Positions 1-9,643 are shown, numbered from the stretch's first letter. The stretch: DNA of 52,890 nt from Opitutia bacterium (GCA_050506795.1 JBJHCF010000039.1:1-52890), one strand, 5' to 3'. Translations and numbers: made by a program. The notes: generated from the letters alone by a model not told the origin.

Positions 1-342
1 AAGGCTTATTTGGCGGGGCGAGTACAGAGTGGTGAGGCCAGGGCGAATGCTGAGTTGCAAAAGGAACTGGTTGAACTGCGGTGGCGCCAGTCATTGGAAG
101 TGGGGATGGACGTCCTGGAAAAGAAGCCTCAAGATTGTATGAGTGAACCGAAGAACGCCGAATGGAAAGTGGCGCTTGGGGCGTGGATGAAATTCCGCGC
201 TTCGGTAACGAACAGATGGTTGGCGGAGAATCTGCACATGGGTCACCCGCAAAATGTCAGCAAGAATATTCGTGCCTATGAAAAAGACAGGACAAGGCAA
301 GCCAGTTCCCATGCCCGACGACTTTCATCCATACGGACTTAG
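1..342 (+). mobile_element. 3' part of a probable HUH/Y1 (REP-associated, RAYT-like) transposase, truncated by the window edge
   Basis: Frame is open from base 1 to TAG at 340-342. The C-terminal stretch KNAEWKVALGAWMK..SVTNRWLAENLHMGHPQNVS resembles the helical/HTH tail of Opitutales Y1 transposases. A CTGACCCC motif follows the stop. The catalytic HUH region would lie outside the window. Confidence 0.55.
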
Positions 343-414
343 GTGCTTAAGCCTGACCCCTTCCTGCCTTCATCCATACGGACTTAGGTGCTTAAGCCTG
401 ACCCCTTCCTGCCT
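324..414. repeat. Perfect tandem duplication of a 45-bp unit
   Basis: TTCATCCATACGGACTTAGGTGCTTAAGCCTGACCCCTTCCTGCC at 324-368 and 369-413. The unit contains the last codons and stop of the upstream ORF plus CTGACCCC. Confidence 0.95.
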
Positions 415-685
415 CTTTACGAAAATCCGCCATCAAGGGAATGGGCACCAACTCGTTTCTGTCACCGGTCGGTTCGGAATTAGAGATGTGAGGTTGAATT
501 CCCGGAAGAGATCGCTCAGGGTGGATGGAAACCAACCTGGAATGACGAAAGAATGCGACTCGAATGAAGATTAAGGAGAGGATAGAAAAGGCTCAACGAC
601 CAGATCGAGCTGGAACCGACTTCCGCTTACACGTCCTTGGTGCTCACCACGTCTTCTTTTAAACTTTGAACCTCTGACTTACAAA

Positions 686-1810
686 ATGTCCGACCCGAGA
701 TACCAGAAACTGGCGGCGATACTGACCGGCTTTTCCACCGACCTGAAAAAGGGCGAGCACGTCCTGATTGACGCCTTCGATGTTCCGGACGCCATCGTCG
801 TGGCGCTGGTCCGCGCCGCGCGAGAGCGTAGCGCGATTCCGTATGTGCAGATCAATCGGGCCCGAATCACCCGTGAGTTGATGCGCGAGGCCGCGGAGGA
901 GGGGTATGACTTTCTGTCCAGGATCGAACTGGCCCGAATGAAGGGCATGCAGGCTTACATCGCGTTGCGCGGGTCGGAGAATATTTTCGAGACCTCGGAT
1001 GTGCCGGCGGACCGGTTGAAAACCGTCATGCGTAAAATGAAGCCGGTGCAGGACTGGCGGGTAAAAAAAACCAAGTGGGTGGTGTTGCGCTGGCCAACGC
1101 CGGCGATGGCGCAGCAGGCCATGAGCAGCACCGAGGCGTTCGAGGATTTCTATTTCCGCGTCTGCACCCTGGATTACGCCCGCATGGAGCCGGGCATGGC
1201 GGCCCTGCGCAAGCTGATGCAGTCCACCGATCGAGTTGAGATCCGCGGGCCGGAGACCGATCTTCGTTTTTCAATCAAGGGAATCGGTGTGGTCGCTTGC
1301 GGGGGACGTCACAACATCCCGGATGGCGAGGTTTTCACCGCTCCGGTTCGCAACAGCGTCGAAGGCGAGATCACATTTAACGCTCCCACCGTTTATCAAG
1401 GGGTGTCCTTTGACCGCATTCGCCTCGTCTTCCGTAAAGGCAAGGTGGTCGAGGCCTCCGGCGCCAACAGCGAACGGCTGAACGAGATCCTCGACTCCGA
1501 CGCGGGCGCCCGTTACATCGGCGAATTCGCCATCGGCTTTAATCCGCACATCCTGCACCCCATGCGCGATATCTTGTTCGATGAGAAGATCGCCGGCTCG
1601 TTCCATTTCACGCCCGGCCAGGCTTATGAAGAAGCCGATAACGGCAACCGCTCCCAGGTCCACTGGGATATGGTGCAAATCCAGCGTCCCGATTACGGGG
1701 GCGGCACCATTGCCTTTGACGGCAAAGTGATTCGGCGCGATGGCTTGTTCCTGCCCGCCGCCTTAAAAAAACTGAATCCGGAACATTTGCTGAAGAATAC
1801 CGCCGGTTGA
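686..1810 (+). CDS. Aminopeptidase, M29 (AmpS/PepS/aminopeptidase II) family
   Basis: Motifs [24 protein letters not shown] and HWD; 374 aa. Confidence 0.9.
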   Translation: MSDPRYQKLAAILTGFSTDLKKGEHVLIDAFDVPDAIVVALVRAARERSAIPYVQINRARITRELMREAAEEGYDFLSRIELARMKGMQAYIALRGSENIFETSDVPADRLKTVMRKMKPVQDWRVKKTKWVVLRWPTPAMAQQAMSSTEAFEDFYFRVCTLDYARMEPGMAALRKLMQSTDRVEIRGPETDLRFSIKGIGVVACGGRHNIPDGEVFTAPVRNSVEGEITFNAPTVYQGVSFDRIRLVFRKGKVVEASGANSERLNEILDSDAGARYIGEFAIGFNPHILHPMRDILFDEKIAGSFHFTPGQAYEEADNGNRSQVHWDMVQIQRPDYGGGTIAFDGKVIRRDGLFLPAALKKLNPEHLLKNTAG

Positions 1811-1903
1811 GATTTGGGCGGCGCAGGTCGCGCTTCCAGAATACCCGGTCGAACTCTGAACGGCCGCGGGGTCAATCGTTCGCTCGACCGAGCGTTTTCG
1901 AAC

Positions 1904-2845
1904 TCAAAAACCGGCCGCCTGCTTAAAGAATTCGCGTGCCTTTTCGGCCGATTCAGTCTGCCGGGAGATTTCCGACGCAAGCCTCTGGTAATCCGACTTG
2001 ATCGCATCGACCTCCCGGTCCTTGACTCCAAGCGCCGGTACCGGCAAGCCCACCACCACCGCCCGTTCAATCGCCCGGGTGCGGTGGATTTGAGTCTGCA
2101 AAACCTTGGCGTTGGGGGCCGCCAGCTTCCAGTTCCGAAACTGGTTCAGGCGAACCTGCATCCTCGCTTCCGCGATGGCCACGTCGGTTCCCGGATCAAC
2201 AGCGTTGAAGATGACCCCTTTGATTTCCGCGGGCCTGTTCCTCGTTCCGCGCTTGAGATACGCTGACGAAACCCGCCGGAACTTGCGGAGTTTCTCTCCG
2301 AGAAGCGTGAATCCGATAAGGCTCAGGCTGTCGACATTGGCTGGAACGTAGATATCGTCGCTGCAAAAGATCGCGCATTGGGCGGCCTTCAGGGTATGCG
2401 GGGGGCAATCGAAAATGATGTAGTCATAATCGTCCTCCAGGCTTTCCAGTTGCTCCTGGAAGATCACACAAGCGGGGATCACCGGATTGCCGCTTTCCAA
2501 ATCGCTGTCGAGGTCCACCAGATCAAACCCCGTCGGCACCAGGTCAAGTCCGGGTAACAGGCTTTTCCCATTTCGGTTCCTGACCACATCGCCTTTGACG
2601 CAGTCGGCAAGCACGGTTTCTCCAGGATTGAAGATCGAGTAGAGGGTGGTGGCGGCGCCGGTTCTTGAATTGAGCTGGTTCCATCGATCCAGGCCCAGTA
2701 GCCAAATGCTGGCGTTCGCCTGGGTGTCCAGATCGATCAGTAGGACCCGCTTCCCCTGCTGGGCGAGGGTGGCTCCCACGTTGACCGCCAGCGATGTTTT
2801 TCCCACTCCACCTTTATAGCTTAAGAAGCTGATTTTCCGTGACAT
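1904..2845 (-). CDS. ParA/Soj-family ATPase (orphan)
   Basis: Deviant Walker A KGGVGKT, IDLDTQANAS, DYIIFDCPP. Confidence 0.9.
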   Translation of the reverse strand: MSRKISFLSYKGGVGKTSLAVNVGATLAQQGKRVLLIDLDTQANASIWLLGLDRWNQLNSRTGAATTLYSIFNPGETVLADCVKGDVVRNRNGKSLLPGLDLVPTGFDLVDLDSDLESGNPVIPACVIFQEQLESLEDDYDYIIFDCPPHTLKAAQCAIFCSDDIYVPANVDSLSLIGFTLLGEKLRKFRRVSSAYLKRGTRNRPAEIKGVIFNAVDPGTDVAIAEARMQVRLNQFRNWKLAAPNAKVLQTQIHRTRAIERAVVVGLPVPALGVKDREVDAIKSDYQRLASEISRQTESAEKAREFFKQAAGF

Positions 2846-3345
2846 GATTTACCTCTGTTTAAGTACAATTTTCCGTGAAAAATATTGGTCCTGTGTGCTG
2901 TTGCGTGATCCACTTATGAACCTCCTCCTAGAATACACGGTCAAAACGCTCGAACCATCAGGGCGCCACTGAACAACCGGTAGGTCAAACGTAGTAATGC
3001 GCATAAGGTAAACCCCTATAATAACGGTTGCCTTTTGTTCAGGCCGGAAAACCGGGAAGCGACCCGCCGCTTTCCGGTTTGCGAGCTCCCCTCGCGACCT
3101 GGATTCGAATCGAACTGATTAGCGGCGCAACCCTTGATTAAGTGAAATTCTGAATATGCAATAGGGGATTCCTTCGGAAGTTTGAGGTGTTTTAGCCTAC
3201 GCCTCGTTCAAGGTATGCCGGATTGTTGACAATTTCGTGGTGCTTTAAGGTACAGCCTGATCGCAGGCGAACGACAGATCGCCCCGACCGGAAGGTTTCC
3301 GGACAAGGGGCTCGTCCGTTAACCAATTAACAAAAAGAAAGAACC

Positions 3346-3834
3346 ATGAATACACCGGTTGCCAGACACGTAACCCATGCCTCCGGGGAGAAAGGTGTCG
3401 ACCGACTGAGATCCCGAAGCGGATTCAGTCTGACGGAGATCATGATGAGTATGCTGGTGCTGGGAATGGTCATTGCTTCCACGATCGCGGCCCTCCGTAC
3501 CGGATTTACCATGATACAGCTGGCGCGAGACAACACCATGGCCGCCCAGATTCTTCAGAGCGAAATGGAGAACCTGCGAATGATGAGTTGGGCGGAACTG
3601 AACGCCTTGCAGGAAGAGGAGGAAATGGAAATCGGTTTGGACTTCGATTCCCGTATCGCCGAGCGATACCAAACGACGCGACGCATCTTCAACGATAACG
3701 GTCGCTCCGGGATTAAGGAAGTCGAACTCGAAATCCGCTGGGTCACCACCGGGGGAGCAGAGCAACAAAGAGTCTTCCGGACATTGTTTTCGCGGGAAGG
3801 CCTGAACGACTATTATTATGTTACATCCAGATAA
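3346..3834 (+). CDS. Prepilin-type N-terminal cleavage/methylation protein (PilV/GspI-like minor pilin)
   Basis: Basic leader followed by G|FSLTE and a hydrophobic helix; 162 aa. Confidence 0.8.
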   Translation: MNTPVARHVTHASGEKGVDRLRSRSGFSLTEIMMSMLVLGMVIASTIAALRTGFTMIQLARDNTMAAQILQSEMENLRMMSWAELNALQEEEEMEIGLDFDSRIAERYQTTRRIFNDNGRSGIKEVELEIRWVTTGGAEQQRVFRTLFSREGLNDYYYVTSR

Positions 3835-3835
3835 A

Positions 3836-4363
3836 ATGGCCCTGCGCTCCCGGCAGGGGTTTACCCTGACCGAGATTCTGATCGTAATGACCATTTCCGT
3901 TTTCCTGAGCGGAGTGATCTTTTCGGCGTTCGGTTTTGTGACCCGAAGCAGCTTCGCGATTGCGAATTACGCTGACATGACTTCGGAGGGCCGGCGAGGC
4001 CTGGAGATTTTTGCTCGTGACGTGCGATCCGCCCGCGATGTGATCGATTTCTCGGAATCATCGCTAACTCTGGTGCTGGCCGAGCCCGGCGGTGTCTTGA
4101 GCGAAGTGGTCTACCGCTACGATCCGGTCTCCGCCACCTTCCGCCGCGAGGCAAATGGCGATAGCCAGGTGCTTATGACTGCCGTTCAGGATGATTTCCG
4201 TTTTTCCCGGTTCAATCTGCTCCGGGAGGAAGCGAGCAACAACGCCGAAACCAAACAGATTCACCTTCAGCTCTCAATGGCCAGGCGGGTAATTGCCCGT
4301 GAAACGACCGAAAAGGTTATCTCCGCCCGTTACATCATGCGGAATAAAACCGTCGCCCAATGA
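3836..4363 (+). CDS. Prepilin-type protein (PilW/GspJ-like minor pilin)
   Basis: RQG|FTLTEILIV class III signal peptide and FARDVRSA motif. ATG 3836 chosen because it directly follows the upstream stop. Confidence 0.8.
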   Translation: MALRSRQGFTLTEILIVMTISVFLSGVIFSAFGFVTRSSFAIANYADMTSEGRRGLEIFARDVRSARDVIDFSESSLTLVLAEPGGVLSEVVYRYDPVSATFRREANGDSQVLMTAVQDDFRFSRFNLLREEASNNAETKQIHLQLSMARRVIARETTEKVISARYIMRNKTVAQ

Positions 4364-5643
4364 CAACTCCACCATTATCACGAACCCGATCGTCGGATCG
4401 GAATTTGCAGGAGAAACGAGGGTCGGTGCTGATCGTCACCGTGATCTTCGCAACCATCGCCGCCCTGGGGATCGGCAGCTATATTCGACTGGCCGGCACG
4501 GAAATGCGTCTGGCTCACGCGCAGCTTTACTCCAATGCGAGTCTCAATCTGGCCGAAGCCGGCATCGAGGAGGCGCTATACGCGATCAACCTCAGTTCCC
4601 CGGCGGATGAGGGATGGGGCGGCAACGGGGAACCCGGCGTGCTCGTCAAAGCGGTCGATGGCATCGAACTGGGGCACGGAGGACGGGGGGCGTTTCGGGT
4701 CCGGGTGAGCGGACTCAATTCCCAGTCTCCGGTTATTGTATCGGAGGGTGAAGTGTTTTCCGGGGGAGAGCGACGCAGTCTGCGTCAGATTGAAATTGTT
4801 CTGAGCAGCCGGTCGCTTTTCGCCAACGGCATTATGGCCGATCGGATCATGATGAGGGGAGGGAATATTGAGATTAACAGCATCAACTCGGAGACCGGCG
4901 AAATTCTGGGCAATGCAAAGGTGGCGAGCACCTCCCTCGAAGAGAGTTCCATGGATCTGGGCAATGCAAAAATCTATGGGAGCGTCGCTACCCGGGGATG
5001 GGATCCCGCCATGCGTCCAAACTCGATCGTTACCGGAGAGATCACCGACGACTTCAATTCGGATCTTCCCAACGTCATATTGCCGGAAAGCGACCTGCCG
5101 TACCATTACTATGACGGCGGCCCGGGGTCATTGGGCGATTCTGATGTGGGGACCCTGCATTTCTGGACCTCGAATTTGACTCTTTCCGGAAGCGACGAAC
5201 TGCGGGTTCAAGGCGATGTGTTGCTGCGGGTGGACAACGACATCGATATCACCGGCGAGGCGCGTATCACCATCGAAAGCGGCGCCTCCCTGACAATATA
5301 TGTCGACGGCGACGTTTTCATCGGAGGCACGGGACTGGTGAATCAATCCGGCATTCCCGCCAATCTTCAGATGTACGGCACGAACCCGGAGTCACAATCG
5401 TTTACTCTGGCCGGCACGGCGGCTTGGCACGGGGCCTTGTACGCTCCGACCGCGGACGTCGAAATGCGTGGCGGGGGAGGGTCCGGCGTCTTTTACGGAG
5501 CCGTCGTGGGAAAAGAAGTCACCATGCGCGGCGGCACGACTTTTTATTATGATGAAAAGCTGGCCGAACTGACCGGGGGCAACACGTTTGCCATGTCAAA
5601 CTGGCGGGAATTGTTCGGCGCGGATCGGTATTCTTCCTTGTAG
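4360..5643 (+). CDS. PilX/GspK-like minor pilin with extended Gly-rich beta C-terminal domain
   Basis: RG|SVLIV (no Glu5, typical of PilX/GspK); SLNLAEAGIEEAL motif; C-terminal GALYAPTADV..FYGAVVG..YYDE region; ATGA overlap with the upstream gene. Confidence 0.75.
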   Translation: MTTPPLSRTRSSDRNLQEKRGSVLIVTVIFATIAALGIGSYIRLAGTEMRLAHAQLYSNASLNLAEAGIEEALYAINLSSPADEGWGGNGEPGVLVKAVDGIELGHGGRGAFRVRVSGLNSQSPVIVSEGEVFSGGERRSLRQIEIVLSSRSLFANGIMADRIMMRGGNIEINSINSETGEILGNAKVASTSLEESSMDLGNAKIYGSVATRGWDPAMRPNSIVTGEITDDFNSDLPNVILPESDLPYHYYDGGPGSLGDSDVGTLHFWTSNLTLSGSDELRVQGDVLLRVDNDIDITGEARITIESGASLTIYVDGDVFIGGTGLVNQSGIPANLQMYGTNPESQSFTLAGTAAWHGALYAPTADVEMRGGGGSGVFYGAVVGKEVTMRGGTTFYYDEKLAELTGGNTFAMSNWRELFGADRYSSL

Positions 5644-5800
5644 CGCAGGCGTGCGTTCGTTAACACTCGCCAGGCTGTCCGCGTGACCGTTCCCGCCGGC
5701 GGGTTGTTTCCCGAAAACGTCGGCTCTGAGCGAACGCCGTTAGGATCAAACCGCAACGGTGGTGCATTCAGTAAAATGTCCCGTATTTCGGCATGCTTTG

Positions 5801-5836
5801 CTGTAACCCGCGCCAGCGTGCTTGCGAATACCCGTT
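5801..5836 (+). promoter_or_regulatory. ECF-sigma-type promoter, copy 1 (TGTAAC-N17-CGAATA)
   Basis: CTGTAACCC..CGAATACCCGTT. The -35, -10 and spacing are the same as the copy at 9644-9679. Confidence 0.7.
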
Positions 5837-5857
5837 TAGATCTGACGGTTCTTCATC

Positions 5858-6547
5858 ATGAATCGATTTTTCATCATCAGCTTTGTTTCCATAACCCTTT
5901 TAGGTGCTTCGCTGCTGTGGGCCGCTGAGGCCGAGGGACCGCCGCTGGAATCGGTCGAACGCCTGGAGAGAATCGAATGGCGATCAGTGGTGACTCTGCA
6001 GGGGGACCGCTTGTTCGGCCTGCACGACCGTGAGAGCCGACAGACTTTTTGGCTGCAGCAGGGGCAGAGAACCGCCGGATTCGAAGTTCTGGCCCACGAT
6101 GCGGAAAGGAATCTCTTGACTTTGGGGTTCGGTGGGGCGGAGAGGGAAATCGAATTGAGCCGCGCACCAATCCGGCAGGCCGCGGAAGCGGCGGTTCTGA
6201 CCGCCGCCGAGCGACGCGAACGCTGGCGGGCATTGCAGGCGGACCTGCTGGCCCTGCGAGGAAGGTGGGAAGCGGCGGCGGGACAGTCACCGGAGCTTCG
6301 CGAGATCGAGGACCATTTTCGTGAATTGGGGGAGGAGTTGCGTGATGTCATGATGGGGTTGGCTGTGGCGGAAGAGCAATCGGACGACTATCGGCGGTTA
6401 AGCGAACAGCGGCGTGAACTGGCCGATGAATTTCGATTGCTCTTCCGTCATTCCCAAAACGTGGTGGAGCGGCATCCCGGGTTTGCTCCGGGCGACGCCG
6501 AATCCCTCCGCCGCCTGCAGCGCCTTTTCCCGGAGGAATTGCGTTGA
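5858..6547 (+). CDS. Exported hypothetical protein (small N-terminal beta domain plus helical C-terminus)
   Basis: Signal peptide MNRFFIISFVSITLLGASLLWA; coiled-coil-like E/R/L-rich C-terminal half. Confidence 0.7.
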   Translation: MNRFFIISFVSITLLGASLLWAAEAEGPPLESVERLERIEWRSVVTLQGDRLFGLHDRESRQTFWLQQGQRTAGFEVLAHDAERNLLTLGFGGAEREIELSRAPIRQAAEAAVLTAAERRERWRALQADLLALRGRWEAAAGQSPELREIEDHFRELGEELRDVMMGLAVAEEQSDDYRRLSEQRRELADEFRLLFRHSQNVVERHPGFAPGDAESLRRLQRLFPEELR

Positions 6548-6609
6548 GCTTGCGTTTCGGACTGATTTCAGGGTAGGGCACACCTTGAATTCGACGCGTT
6601 ATTGATGGC

Positions 6610-7689
6610 ATGAAAAACAAGCTCTTGCTCCTGTTATTCGTTTTGTTCTTGGCCGGGGGCGGTTTTCTCGCCTTGCAGAAGGTGCGGGAGCAGAGTGCCG
6701 GCGAGGAAGAAGCCTGGCAGACAACAGCGACTTCCGAGGTACGAACCATTGAGGAAGTGATTGAAGCCAATGGATTCGTCCATCCGCGTTTTTCCACCGA
6801 TGTCCGGTCCGAAGTGAGCGGACGTATCGAGCGTATCCTGGTTGAGCCTGGGGAGGTGGTGACGAGGGGGCAGATTCTGATCGAGCTGGACCGGGCGGCG
6901 CTGGAACAGGAATTCATTGAAGCCCAGCGCACCTACCAGGCGGAACAACTCCGTCGGGAGCGTGCTCAACGGGAGTTCGAACGGCTCGAACGCCTGAGTA
7001 ACCGCGGGATTATAGAGGCCCAGGAGTTTCAGAACGCTGAGATCGACCTTCGCCTGAGTCAGATTCAACTGGAGGTGCAGGAAGCCCGTCTGGAACGGGT
7101 GCGCGAAGACCTCAACCGGACCACCATTCGCTCACCTCAGGGTGGAATCGTGGCCGACCTCGATGTCAACGAAGGCCAGGTGATCGTAGGTGCGGGAGCG
7201 GTAAACGAAGGCACCCGGCTCATGACCGTGCATGACCTGTCGGAGCTCTACGTCCGCCTGCAGGTCAACGAGTTGGACATCGGGAAGGTCGACGTGGACA
7301 GCCCGACCGCGGTTTCTTTCGACGCCCTGGGCGGGCATTCGATCACGGGCCGGGTAAGCCGGATTCATCCGTTTGCCTTCAATCAGGACAACATACGGGT
7401 TTTCCGGGTGGACGTGACCTTCGAGCCGGAAGGCCGCGTCATTCGTCCCGGCATCAGTGCCAACGTTCGCATTGTTGCCGAGCGGGCCGACGACGTGGTC
7501 GCGGTCAATTTGTCGGCAGTGTTCGCGGATCAGCAGGACCGTTTCGTTTACTTGGTGCGGGATAACGGCGCGATGGAGAAGCGGGAGGTTACCGTGGGCA
7601 TCAACGACACCCGGTGGGTGGAAATCGTATCGGGTCTGGAAGCGGGAGAAACCGTCAGCCTGGTGCGTCCGCGCTCGGGCGGGGCCTGA
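6610..7689 (+). CDS. Periplasmic adaptor (membrane fusion protein), MacA-like
   Basis: N-terminal membrane anchor; lipoyl halves (VRSEVSGRIERILVEPGEVV; IRSPQGGIV); alpha-hairpin; GLEAGETV tail. Confidence 0.9.
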   Translation: MKNKLLLLLFVLFLAGGGFLALQKVREQSAGEEEAWQTTATSEVRTIEEVIEANGFVHPRFSTDVRSEVSGRIERILVEPGEVVTRGQILIELDRAALEQEFIEAQRTYQAEQLRRERAQREFERLERLSNRGIIEAQEFQNAEIDLRLSQIQLEVQEARLERVREDLNRTTIRSPQGGIVADLDVNEGQVIVGAGAVNEGTRLMTVHDLSELYVRLQVNELDIGKVDVDSPTAVSFDALGGHSITGRVSRIHPFAFNQDNIRVFRVDVTFEPEGRVIRPGISANVRIVAERADDVVAVNLSAVFADQQDRFVYLVRDNGAMEKREVTVGINDTRWVEIVSGLEAGETVSLVRPRSGGA

Positions 7690-7708
7690 ATTGGGAAAGG
7701 AATGCGGG

Positions 7709-8395
7709 GTGTCGCTGGTTGCATTTGATAATCTGAGCAAAATTTACCAAATGGGTGACGAAACCGTGCGTGCCCTGGACGAAGTGCAGCTGCGCATCGA
7801 CAAGGGCGAATTCGTCGCCATTCTGGGTCCGTCGGGTTCGGGCAAATCCACCTTGATGCACATTCTGGGCTTCATGGACAGCCCGACCTCCGGGAAACTT
7901 CATTTCGAAGGCAAGGAAGTCGCCGGAATCGGCCGCACCACACGTTCCTGGTATCGGGCCAACCGCATTGGATTCGTTTTTCAGGCCTTCAATCTGTTGC
8001 CCCGTTTATCGGTCACCGACAACGTCGTACTGCCACTGGTGTACAGTCGATCCGGCATCGGTGATCGGAAGGGGAAAGCGCTGGCCGCGCTGGAAAAAGT
8101 GGGAATGAGTCACCGCGCCCGGCATCTGCCGAGCCAGCTTTCCGGGGGAGAACGCCAGCGTGCCGCGATCGCCCGGGCGCTTGTCAATCACCCGTCGCTC
8201 ATTCTGGCCGACGAACCCACCGGGAATCTAGACAGCCAGAACGTGGGCCGAATCATGGAGCTGTTTCGCCGGCTCTCCGACGAAGGCCAGACCCTTGTGG
8301 TGGTCACCCACGACGAGCAGGTCGCCACCTACGCCCGGCGAATCATTCGTATGCTGGACGGCAGGATCGTGGAAGACAGTCCCAACGCGTCATGA
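7709..8395 (+). CDS. ABC transporter ATP-binding protein, MacB/LolD-type
   Basis: Walker A GPSGSGKST, LSGGERQR, ILADEPTGNLD, VTHD. GTG 7709 start inferred; the longer ORF from 7457 overlaps the upstream gene. Confidence 0.92.
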   Translation: MSLVAFDNLSKIYQMGDETVRALDEVQLRIDKGEFVAILGPSGSGKSTLMHILGFMDSPTSGKLHFEGKEVAGIGRTTRSWYRANRIGFVFQAFNLLPRLSVTDNVVLPLVYSRSGIGDRKGKALAALEKVGMSHRARHLPSQLSGGERQRAAIARALVNHPSLILADEPTGNLDSQNVGRIMELFRRLSDEGQTLVVVTHDEQVATYARRIIRMLDGRIVEDSPNAS

Positions 8396-9633
8396 TCAAC
8401 GCCATCATCACATTCTATTCGGGAATGATCAACGGGCTGACCGAGGTGTGGGCGCACAAGTTCCGGTCTCTGCTTTCCATGATGGGGATCATTCTCGGGG
8501 TGGCGGCGCTGGTCGCCATGGTGGGGGTGGTCAGGGGAATGATCGGCGAGGTGCGGGACTACTTCGAGCGCACCGGAGGAATCACCCGATTGCAGGTCGA
8601 AACCCGGCAGCCGCCCGACGAGCAGAGCCACATCGCTCATCTTTCGCCGGGAATGACTTTTCGTGACGTTGACGCGGTGCGCCTTGGCAGCCCCCTGGTG
8701 ACCTTGGTCGATCCCGAGGTCTCACTCAACTGGCGGCGTTTCACGCACGCCGGCGTCAGTGACAACGCTCCCCTGCGCGGCGTTTTGCCCGACCGGCGGG
8801 AAATACAGCGGCTGGATTTGCGCGAGGGACGTTTTATCGGGGACCTCGATGTGATCGATGCCTCGCCGGTCGTGGTGCTGGGAGGCTGGCTGGGGGACCG
8901 TTTTTTTCCCGATGGCGAAGCGGTCGGACGCCGGATCAACATCCATGGGCAAACCTTTCGCATAATCGGGGTGGTGGAAAATTTGGGAGGCCCGCAGGGC
9001 GGGGGTTGGTTTTGGATGCAGAACCGGACGGCGTACATTCCAATCACCACCGCGATGAAACGTTTCAGTGGCAACGATCGTCTCAACAGTCTTAATGTCC
9101 AGGTGGCGAATGTGTCGTTCCTTGAGGACGCGATCGGGCAGGTCGAGAACATCCTGCTCCAAACCCACAGGGGAATCGAGGATTTCGCGGTGACCACCAT
9201 GGAAGAACAGCTGGCCGAGTTTCGCCGCATTGAGGGAACCTTTACCCTCACCCTCGGTGGCGTTGCGGGCATATCCCTGCTGGTGGGCGGCATCGGAATA
9301 ATGAACGTCATGTTGGCGGTGATTAACGAGCGCATACGCGAGATCGGCGTTCGAAAGGCGGTTGGAGCCCGGGGCAGCGATATCTTCATTCAATTCCTGG
9401 CGGAAGCAGTGGTGATCAGCGTGGTGGGGGGCGTGATCGGGGTGATGGTCAGTGTCGGACTGGTGGGGATGATGCAGGCCCTTATTGAGGTGGATCAGTT
9501 TCGTATCGCGCTGTCACCGCCGGCTATGTTGGCAGGCTTCCTCTTTTCGGTCACCATCGGAATCGCCTCGGGAATCTATCCCGCTCTGCGGGCCGCCCGC
9601 ATGAACGTGATTGACGCTTTGCGCTACGAGTGA
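8392..9633 (+). CDS. ABC transporter permease, MacB/FtsX family
   Basis: RSLLSMMGIILGV, GGIGIMNVM, ERIREIGVRKAVGA, ALRYE. Confidence 0.92.
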   Translation: MINAIITFYSGMINGLTEVWAHKFRSLLSMMGIILGVAALVAMVGVVRGMIGEVRDYFERTGGITRLQVETRQPPDEQSHIAHLSPGMTFRDVDAVRLGSPLVTLVDPEVSLNWRRFTHAGVSDNAPLRGVLPDRREIQRLDLREGRFIGDLDVIDASPVVVLGGWLGDRFFPDGEAVGRRINIHGQTFRIIGVVENLGGPQGGGWFWMQNRTAYIPITTAMKRFSGNDRLNSLNVQVANVSFLEDAIGQVENILLQTHRGIEDFAVTTMEEQLAEFRRIEGTFTLTLGGVAGISLLVGGIGIMNVMLAVINERIREIGVRKAVGARGSDIFIQFLAEAVVISVVGGVIGVMVSVGLVGMMQALIEVDQFRIALSPPAMLAGFLFSVTIGIASGIYPALRAARMNVIDALRYE

Positions 9634-9643
9634 GCGGAGCCAT

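Noticed and set aside
324..414. Possible CRISPR array
   Set aside because: Only two abutting copies, no spacer and no cas genes.
254..574. 106-aa ORF with repeated HPYGLRCLSLTPSCL
   Set aside because: The peptide repeat is just the 45-bp DNA duplication read in another frame, and the ORF overlaps the transposase-like gene.
590..660. attC-like look (CTCAAC..GAGC..GCTCACC)
   Set aside because: No closing GTTRRRY box and poor overall pairing; cannot be supported without an attC covariance model.
2846..3345. Replication origin or parS next to parA
   Set aside because: No DnaA-box cluster and no parS palindrome visible.
7457..7708. N-terminal extension of the ABC ATPase in the ORF track
   Set aside because: Overlaps the adaptor gene; family similarity starts at GTG 7709.
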